Assembly (NCBI GenBank): GCA_035308305.1
Contig: DATGGV010000022.1
Coordinates: forward strand, 20,097 to 84,096
Length of the DNA: 64,000 nucleotides
Reading direction: 5' to 3'
Origin: Candidatus Cybelea sp.
Lineage (GTDB): Bacteria; Vulcanimicrobiota; Vulcanimicrobiia; Vulcanimicrobiales; Vulcanimicrobiaceae
The notes under the pieces were generated by a model. It was not told where the DNA came from, did no database searches, and worked only from the letters and a program-made list of their open reading frames with translations. Positions 55,811 through 62,472 of this stretch are shown piece after piece; the stretch's first letter is position 1, and the number at the start of each line of letters is the position of its first letter. The translations under genes and the position numbers were made by a program.

Positions 55811-56488
55811 TTAAGAGCCCCTCTCCGCCGCCCCTGCAAACTCCCTGACCAACCAGTCCACGTTGGTGATCGCCGTTCCGACGACGACGGCGTCGGCTCC
55901 GGCATCGAGCGCCGCCCTGACGCCGCCCGGCGAGTGAATCCCCCCCTCGCATACGGCGAACTTACCCAATCGCGAAAGCTCGGCAACGAGATCGAGTGCG
56001 GGAAGTTGGTGGTTCTTTGTCGGCGCCGTATATCCGCAGAGCGTCGTCGCCAAGATGTCGGCGCCGGCCGCGCCGGCGGCTGCTGCGTCCGCCACCGTCG
56101 AGCAGTCGGCCATTGCCAGACGGCCGGCCGAGTGGATTGCCTGGATCACGTCGATGAGCAGGCTGCCGTCCGGCCGCGGGCGACCGGTCGCGTCGAAGGC
56201 CACGATTTCGGCGCCCGCGCCGATAACCGATCCCACTTCGGCAAGCGAAGGAGAAATGTAGGCCTCGAATCCGCGATATTCGCGTTTGACCAACCCCACG
56301 ATCGGCAAAGCGAGGCGCCGGCGCACGGCGCGAAGATTCTCGACACCCTCGACGCGGACCGCGACGGCCCCGCCGTCCTGCGCGGCGCGTGCCATGGCCG
56401 CGATGATCTGCGGATCGTCGATCGCCGAACCGCGCCAAGCCTGCACGGAAACGATCAACCCGCCGCGCAGCGCTTCGAGCACGCTCAT
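55811..56488 (-). CDS. nanE: N-acetylmannosamine-6-phosphate 2-epimerase-like protein
   Basis: 225 aa. 'GLIVSVQA', 'PIVGLVKREY', 'ADCSTVADA' and 'CEGGIHSP' follow the NanE TIM-barrel pattern. Confidence 0.8.
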   Translation of the reverse strand: MSVLEALRGGLIVSVQAWRGSAIDDPQIIAAMARAAQDGGAVAVRVEGVENLRAVRRRLALPIVGLVKREYRGFEAYISPSLAEVGSVIGAGAEIVAFDATGRPRPDGSLLIDVIQAIHSAGRLAMADCSTVADAAAAGAAGADILATTLCGYTAPTKNHQLPALDLVAELSRLGKFAVCEGGIHSPGGVRAALDAGADAVVVGTAITNVDWLVREFAGAAERGS

Positions 56489-57396
56489 AACCGCAGCTCC
56501 TTTACGGGCAGTCCGACCTCCTGGTACGCCAGCAGCAACGCGCCCCCCGCGGGTTCGTACTTCGCGTGACCCACTTGGGCGCCGGGCACGACATTAAGAA
56601 TGCCGCGTCGGACGCGCTCGTAAAAGCCCGCGTCGGCGAAGAGTCCGCCGGTTAACGCCGCTCGGCGTTCATTTACCTCATTAAGTGCACGCCGCGCGAG
56701 TACGGCAAGCCGGTCGGCCCCGCTATCGGCAATTGGGCGAAACCGCGCAAAGCGGATTGCAACCGGCGTAAAGGCGGCGAGACGGTCACGGGTTAGCGCG
56801 CCGGCGTAAAATGCGCGCGCAACGCGGCGAAGCGAGTTCATTGCAAAGAAATCGCAAGCCGCCCGCGCTTCCTCGCTGAAAGAGCCGTCTCCGTCGTCCT
56901 GTGCGGCCATCAGAAGTGCGAGCACATCGCGCGCGATGCTGAAGGCGCTTCCCTCGTCGCCGAAGAGGTAGCCCCATCCGCCGATCGTCCGCGATTCGCC
57001 GTGGTCGTCGATAGCGTACACGACCGACCCCGTACCCGCAATCACCACGACGCCCGGCGCTCCCGCCAGTGCGCCGGCATGCGCCACCGGCGCGTCGTGC
57101 ATGACGACGAGCCGCTCCGTCGGAAGCTCCGGCTTTTTCCCATAAATCCGGCCTTCGTAGCCGCTGATTCCGGCCACGATCGCCGCGAAATCGCTCTCAC
57201 CGCGAAGGCCGGCGTTTCGGCACGCGTCGGCGAGCGCATCGCGCAGCGCGTTCGCTAGGCGCGTCGATCCGGCGCCGGCGGCGACCTCGTCCGCCGGTCC
57301 GGCGACTCCGCGCGAGAGTATGCGTCCAAGGTCGTCGGCAATCAACGCGACGGTCGAGCTCTGTCCTCCGTCGATGCCCGCGAACAGGAGACTCAC
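56485..57396 (-). CDS. BadF/BadG/BcrA/BcrD-type ATPase (N-acetylglucosamine-kinase-like sugar kinase)
   Basis: 303 aa with a GTG start. 'LFAGIDGGQSSTVALI', 'VVIAGTGSV' and 'GGWGYLFGDEGS'. Confidence 0.8.
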   Translation of the reverse strand: MSLLFAGIDGGQSSTVALIADDLGRILSRGVAGPADEVAAGAGSTRLANALRDALADACRNAGLRGESDFAAIVAGISGYEGRIYGKKPELPTERLVVMHDAPVAHAGALAGAPGVVVIAGTGSVVYAIDDHGESRTIGGWGYLFGDEGSAFSIARDVLALLMAAQDDGDGSFSEEARAACDFFAMNSLRRVARAFYAGALTRDRLAAFTPVAIRFARFRPIADSGADRLAVLARRALNEVNERRAALTGGLFADAGFYERVRRGILNVVPGAQVGHAKYEPAGGALLLAYQEVGLPVKELRL

Positions 57397-57674
57397 GCCT
57401 CGATCTCCAGCAGGCGCGCGGCGTACGCGTCGGCGGCCGCTTCTCGTGCGCTGCGATCGCGCAGCGTCACTATTTCGCCGATCGCTTCCCGATGGTGGTA
57501 GAGCTCGTGCGCGATCGCAAACGGCACCAACTCAAGCGCCAGCCGATTATTCAGCCGAATCTCGGGCACCTCGGGATCGTACTCGGAACGCAACTCGGAT
57601 TCGCCCCAATCGCCGAGATCGGCAAAACGGACGCGCACGCCGTATTGCGCGCAGAGGTTCGTTGCGACGCTCAC
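57393..57674 (-). CDS. Minimal ImmA/IrrE (COG2856)-like HExxH metallopeptidase-core protein
   Basis: 93 aa from GTG 57674. 'YGVRVRFADLG.....SEYDPEVPEIRLNNRL....VPFAIAHELYHH' plus a downstream 'EAAADAYAARLL' matches the ImmA core pattern (...I.iN..l......f..aHELgH ... E..AN.FA..lL). GTGA overlaps on both sides. Confidence 0.45.
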   Translation of the reverse strand: MSVATNLCAQYGVRVRFADLGDWGESELRSEYDPEVPEIRLNNRLALELVPFAIAHELYHHREAIGEIVTLRDRSAREAAADAYAARLLEIEA

Positions 57675-59041
57675 GTTCGGCGCAGGTCGACGCCGTCGGC
57701 GACGAGCTGTGCGCGCAACTCGTTGGTATCGATGTCGGCCACGCGCACGCCGCGCTCGCAAGCCAGCGCCGCTGCCGTTCCCGCGGCCTGTCCCAGCGTC
57801 ATCACCGTCGGCGTTAGGCGCGTCGAGGCCAGCGCCTCGTGCGTCGTGGAGATGCAGCGCCCTGCGACGAGCAGCTGCTCGCGGTTAACCGGCACGAGCG
57901 TGCGGTATGGAATTTCGTAGGTCGCTCCCGGTGCGAGGCGCTGCGTGCTGGTTCCGCTGCCGCTCGGGTTGTGCACGTCGATTGGATAGGCGCTGCGCGC
58001 CACGGCATCGTCGAAGCGCCGCGCTTGCAAAACGTCGTCGCGCGTGAGCGTGTATCGCCCGACGATGCGGCGCGATTCGCGAATGCCGACTTGGGTGCCC
58101 GTTGCCGCGATCCGCGCGCCGGCAAACCCCGGCACGCGCCGCCGAAAGAACTCCAGCAGTTGCATGGCCTGTAGACGAGATTCGATTTCGGCCCGCGTCA
58201 AATCGTCCGGATCGAGCGGATCGATGTTGACGACGCGCGTCATGTTGACCGTCACCTCGTCGGGATACGGGGAGATGAAAAATGAGACCAGCTCGCGCGG
58301 AACGTCGACGAGCCCATCGGCGCGCGCGCTCTCCCAGAGCGCGTTCAGACCGGCAACCGCCGTCAGCGCTGCAGGGACACGCTCCTGCGGACGCAGCGAG
58401 CTGCGCATCTGGTCGGGATGTTCGCGCAGATATGCCGCAAGGGCCGCAAGGTCGACGTGACTCAGCCGAAACATCAGGGTTGCCGGCTGCACCCGGCCGC
58501 GCTCGTCGCCCTGTTGCGTCGGGACGCCGGCGGAAGCGGCCACCAACGCATCGGCGGTTGCGTCGATGACGACCCTTCCGCGATAGGTGCGGGTGCCGCC
58601 GGTCGTCGCGAACGTCGCTCCGCAAACGGCGTCCTCGTCGAGCTGCGCCGATAAGAAGTAGGCGTGCAACAACAACGCGACGCCGGACTCTTGCATCATC
58701 TCGAAGAGCAGCGCTTTATGCGCTTCCGGATCGAAGGGTGTAATCGTCGCGACGTAATCCGACGAATCGGTCAGGTGACCCGGCGAAGCGCCCTTTGCCA
58801 TCAGCCGCTCGACCATCTCTTGCGCGATGCCGCCGACGATCCGTTCTTGCGAGGAATGAAAGGTCATCCACGGGCCAACCATTGCCGCGGTCGCGGTGCC
58901 GCCCAAAAAACCGTAACGCTCGAGCAGCAGCGTTCCGGCACCATGGCGCGCCGCCGCAATCGCCGCGGCGCAGCCCGCATTGCCGCCGCCGACGACCAGC
59001 ACGTCGAACTCGGGTACGCCGGAGCGCGTCGAAGACCGCAC
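57671..59041 (-). CDS. FAD-dependent oxidoreductase (FAD_oxidored/GIDA-like family)
   Basis: 456 aa. 'DVLVVGGGNAGCAAAIAAARHGAGTLLLERYGFLGG' is the dinucleotide-binding motif. Confidence 0.8.
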   Translation of the reverse strand: MRSSTRSGVPEFDVLVVGGGNAGCAAAIAAARHGAGTLLLERYGFLGGTATAAMVGPWMTFHSSQERIVGGIAQEMVERLMAKGASPGHLTDSSDYVATITPFDPEAHKALLFEMMQESGVALLLHAYFLSAQLDEDAVCGATFATTGGTRTYRGRVVIDATADALVAASAGVPTQQGDERGRVQPATLMFRLSHVDLAALAAYLREHPDQMRSSLRPQERVPAALTAVAGLNALWESARADGLVDVPRELVSFFISPYPDEVTVNMTRVVNIDPLDPDDLTRAEIESRLQAMQLLEFFRRRVPGFAGARIAATGTQVGIRESRRIVGRYTLTRDDVLQARRFDDAVARSAYPIDVHNPSGSGTSTQRLAPGATYEIPYRTLVPVNREQLLVAGRCISTTHEALASTRLTPTVMTLGQAAGTAAALACERGVRVADIDTNELRAQLVADGVDLRRT

Positions 59042-59102
59042 CTGCGCGCAATTCGTCGCCTCGCACGGCAGGCCATTTCGTAGCGCCCGGCAATAGAGCG
59101 GG

Positions 59103-59537
59103 ATGCAGGTTCAAATCGCTTCCCAGGACCGGAATTGGGCTATGGCGGCGCACTTGAGTGCGCTCATTGCGGTCGCGGGATTACCGTTCGGTCACATTGT
59201 CGGGCCGCTGGTCGTCTACCTGATCAAAGCCCATGAGTCGGAGTTCGTGGCGGAGCACGCGCGCGCGTCGCTTAACTATCAGATCACTGTTTCTATCCTC
59301 GGTTTCGTCGGGGTGATCGCCGCGGTCGCCATCATGCTCGGCTTTATCGCGAGCGGCTCGGCACAGCAGATGTCCGATGCCGGACCCGGCGTCAGCATTG
59401 CGGTCTTTTGGATTGCGATTGCGATGGGCGTTCTCTTGATCCTCCTGCTATCGCTCATCTTCATCATCGCGGGAACCATCGCGGCGAGTCAGGGACGGCC
59501 GTACACGTACCCCTTTGCCATCCGCTTTTTGCGCTAG
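59103..59537 (+). CDS. DUF4870-family membrane protein
   Basis: 144 aa. 'NWAMAAHLSALIA...GPLVVYLIK...SEFVAEHARASLNYQIT' is typical of the family. Confidence 0.7.
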   Translation: MQVQIASQDRNWAMAAHLSALIAVAGLPFGHIVGPLVVYLIKAHESEFVAEHARASLNYQITVSILGFVGVIAAVAIMLGFIASGSAQQMSDAGPGVSIAVFWIAIAMGVLLILLLSLIFIIAGTIAASQGRPYTYPFAIRFLR

Positions 59538-59546
59538 GAGCGACCA

Positions 59547-61043
59547 ATGTTGATGCAACGAGTCAAGCCTCTCGCGCGCATTCTGGCACAGGGAAGTGAC
59601 GCAGAGCACGGCCTCAAACGGTCGCTAGGTCCGTGGGCGCTCACCGCCATGGGCATCGGTGCGATCATCGGCACGGGAATTTTCGTTCTTACCGGCGTCG
59701 CTTCGGCAACGCGCGCGGGCCCGTCGTTGACTATCTCATTCGTTGTGGCCGGCTTCGTCAGCGCGTTGGCTGCACTGTGTTACGCCGAAGTCTCGAGCAA
59801 GATTCCTATCTCGGGTAGTGCTTACACGTACACGTATGCGACGCTTGGAGAGTTTCTGGCTTGGATCGTCGGCTGGGCCCTCGTGCTCGAGTATGCGCTC
59901 GGCGCCTCGACCGTCAGCGTCGGCTGGTCCGGCTATTTCACTTTCATTCTCCACACGCTCTTGAACTGGAATATTCCGCAGATTTGGCAGCATAGCCATT
60001 GGGACGCCACTCCCGGCATCGCAAATCTTCCGGCAGCGGGAATCATTTTTCTGATAACGGCGCTGCTGGTGCGTGGAACGAAAGAATCCGGTACGGTCAA
60101 CGCGGTCATCGTCGCGATCAAGGTTGCCGTCGTGCTCTTCTTTATCGTGATCGGGCTCGGCCATATTAACCCGGCGAACTACCATCTGCCGCCGGGTCCG
60201 AAAACCGGTCTGGGCGGCTACTTTCCTTTCGGCGTCTTCGGCATGCTCGGAGGCGCCTCGTTCATCTTCTTCGCCTACATCGGATTCGACGCGGTCTCGA
60301 CAACGGCTGAGGAAGCGAAGAACCCCTCGCGCGACTTGCCGATTGGCATCATCGCGAGCCTGGCGATTTGCACCATCCTCTACATAATCGTCGTGGCGAT
60401 TCTCAACGGCATGGTCCCGTTCTATACGCTCGGCACCAACCGTCCCGTCGCCGACGCCGTGGCAAACGTCGGCCTCGCGTGGGCGGGCGTGATCATCTCG
60501 TTTGGCGCGATCGCCGGCCTCACGACCGTGCTGCTCGTCATGATGTACGGTCAAACGCGAATCTTCTACGCCATGTCGCGCGACGGGCTCATCCCGCCGC
60601 TCTTCGTCAAGCTGCACCCAGCATGGCGCACACCCTGGCTTTCACAGATTCTTTTCGGGGTTCTCATCGCTGCGGCCGGTGCGTTTTTCCCAATCAGCCT
60701 GTTGGGATCAGTGACGAACATGGGGACGTTATCCGCGTTCATCCTAGTCTCGATCGCCGTGCCGGTGCTACGGAAACGTCATCCCGAGATGACAGGCGCG
60801 TTCACGGTTCCCTTCGGACCGCTCGCCATTCCAGTGCTTTCGGCGATCTCGGCGCTACTCTTGATTGGCTTCCTTGCCTTTGGAAATCCGCTCGTGGGCG
60901 GCTGGTTTCCGATAGTGTGGCTCGTCTTCCTAATCTGGCTGGCGATCGGTCTAATCTTCTACTTCTCCTACGGACGCCACCAGAGCACGATTGCCCTAGA
61001 AGAAACCGAAGGACTCGCGATTCGGCAACCCCCGGTAAATTGA
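59547..61043 (+). CDS. APC-superfamily amino acid permease (cationic amino acid transporter-like)
   Basis: 498 aa, 12-14 TM. 'GSAYTYTYATLGEFLAWIVGWALVLEY'. Confidence 0.9.
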   Translation: MLMQRVKPLARILAQGSDAEHGLKRSLGPWALTAMGIGAIIGTGIFVLTGVASATRAGPSLTISFVVAGFVSALAALCYAEVSSKIPISGSAYTYTYATLGEFLAWIVGWALVLEYALGASTVSVGWSGYFTFILHTLLNWNIPQIWQHSHWDATPGIANLPAAGIIFLITALLVRGTKESGTVNAVIVAIKVAVVLFFIVIGLGHINPANYHLPPGPKTGLGGYFPFGVFGMLGGASFIFFAYIGFDAVSTTAEEAKNPSRDLPIGIIASLAICTILYIIVVAILNGMVPFYTLGTNRPVADAVANVGLAWAGVIISFGAIAGLTTVLLVMMYGQTRIFYAMSRDGLIPPLFVKLHPAWRTPWLSQILFGVLIAAAGAFFPISLLGSVTNMGTLSAFILVSIAVPVLRKRHPEMTGAFTVPFGPLAIPVLSAISALLLIGFLAFGNPLVGGWFPIVWLVFLIWLAIGLIFYFSYGRHQSTIALEETEGLAIRQPPVN

Positions 61044-61074
61044 GAACCTGAAGATTTCGAGTTCTCGGCTTGTG

Positions 61075-61104
61075 CTAGGCCGCCGAGCCACGTCGGCGGC
61101 CTAG
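61075..61104 (+). terminator. Perfect 12-bp GC-rich hairpin 32 nt after the permease stop
   Basis: ctaggccgccga-gccacg-tcggcggcctag. There is no strong U-tract (the following sequence is ctcgtaactctggttt). Confidence 0.45.
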
Positions 61105-61149
61105 CTCGTAACTCTGGTTTCGTGTACGAAAGTCGGCGGGTTGGGCTGG

Positions 61150-61500
61150 GGCACGCCCCACGAGGTGCGGATTGGTATGGTCAACGACCCCACATAGCTT
61201 AATCCGCTCTGTCGGCGACAGCCGGCGCCAAATCGACCTCGGGCAACTCTACTACGAGTCGCTCGTCGGCCTCGACGACCGCGATCGCCTCGTACCGCTG
61301 CTCGTCTCTCAAGTGCCCTCGCAAGCTGACGGCGGCAAACCGAGAGATGCGACGATTACTCCTAGAACGCGGATCAATGGGATCTCGTCCCCGGCGAAGC
61401 GCGGTAACAATCCGGGCAGATCGGCCAGGTTTTGGTAGCCCACGGAAATGGAGCGATACTGTAGTTCGACACGAGACAACTAACGACGACGGCCCTGGGC
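61150..61500 (+). pseudogene. Decayed N-terminal remnant of a family-5 (Dpp/Opp-type) ABC substrate-binding protein
   Basis: Pieces in three frames: 'VRIGMVNDPT*LNPL' (in-frame TAG), 'GQLYYESLVGLDDRDRLVPLLVSQVPSQADGG' (classic SBP_bac_5 N-terminal motif) and 'KWSD'. No intact ORF is present. Confidence 0.4.
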
Positions 61501-61776
61501 AAATCTAAGGAAACGAGCGCAGTGCCGGGCGCCCTCACATCTCCTATCGGGTGTCCGGCTCCGGAGGGGGACGTTTTAGACCTTCGTATCTCACGCATGT
61601 GCGCAGGAGGCGGCGCGCTCTCCGATAGACCGTATCTGTGAACGACCCCGCCAGGCAAGTTGCAGCTCCTAGAGGTAGCGCGTTCCGCGCAAGCCGTATG
61701 CGTTCGATGAAGGGCTCTGAGCCTACAAACGCGTGAAAACAATGCGTCTGTGTAGTATAACCGAATCGAGATGGAG

Positions 61777-62472
61777 TTACCCCATTTCTTGCTTTTGCTT
61801 CATCGCTAGATTCTTGGTTCGTTGTAATGCAGCGCGCCCAATGTGTTTCGTTTCATCCGGTGCCGAAGACGCGGCGAGCGTTCTTAAGGCGACGTCCACC
61901 AGCGCAAGAGCGTCATCATAGCGCTGAGTTATGATGTATATTTCCGCAAGGACGCCACGGATCGCCGCGCCATTCCAAGCTCCACATTCGTCAGCCTGAA
62001 GTGCTCCATCCGAAAGTCGAGCCTCTGCTTCATCGAAGCTCCCCATCGCCCCTAGGAGCATGCCATACTGATAGTTAGTGACCTGTAGTTCCGCGGGACT
62101 AGAAAAGAGCCTCGACGCACATTCAAATTGGTAACACCCCGCCCGCGCCTCATACACGGTTCCGGCGCGCTTCGTGAACCAATCCGCATAGAGTATCCCA
62201 AGACATCGGTGGGCATACGCACGATAATGGGTCTCCGTCTCGGGCAGCGTCTTCGTCGCAATGGTAAGGAACTCGATAGCAACCTCATCTTTCCGTGGAT
62301 TCCATCCGAAGGCGCAAAAACCGAGTGAGTAAGCCACCGCACTCGAAAGTCCCAACCGCGCCTCGTTACATTCTTCGTACAGTCTGCCATATGCACCAAA
62401 GCACGCCACATTTCGATTAAGGTCCAGCTGCTGTATCTCGATCATTCGCGCTCGCGCCTCGCCCTCAGTCAT
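61777..62472 (-). CDS. TPR-like all-helical repeat protein
   Basis: Start at ATG 62472 ('MTEGEARARMIEIQ...'), overlapping the upstream stop by 8 nt (ATGACTGA). 231 aa. Repeated A/Y/L-rich helical hairpins, for example 'YRAYAHRCLGILYADW' and 'YQYGMLLGAMGSFDEAEARL'. G+C is low. Confidence 0.5.
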   Translation of the reverse strand: MTEGEARARMIEIQQLDLNRNVACFGAYGRLYEECNEARLGLSSAVAYSLGFCAFGWNPRKDEVAIEFLTIATKTLPETETHYRAYAHRCLGILYADWFTKRAGTVYEARAGCYQFECASRLFSSPAELQVTNYQYGMLLGAMGSFDEAEARLSDGALQADECGAWNGAAIRGVLAEIYIITQRYDDALALVDVALRTLAASSAPDETKHIGRAALQRTKNLAMKQKQEMG

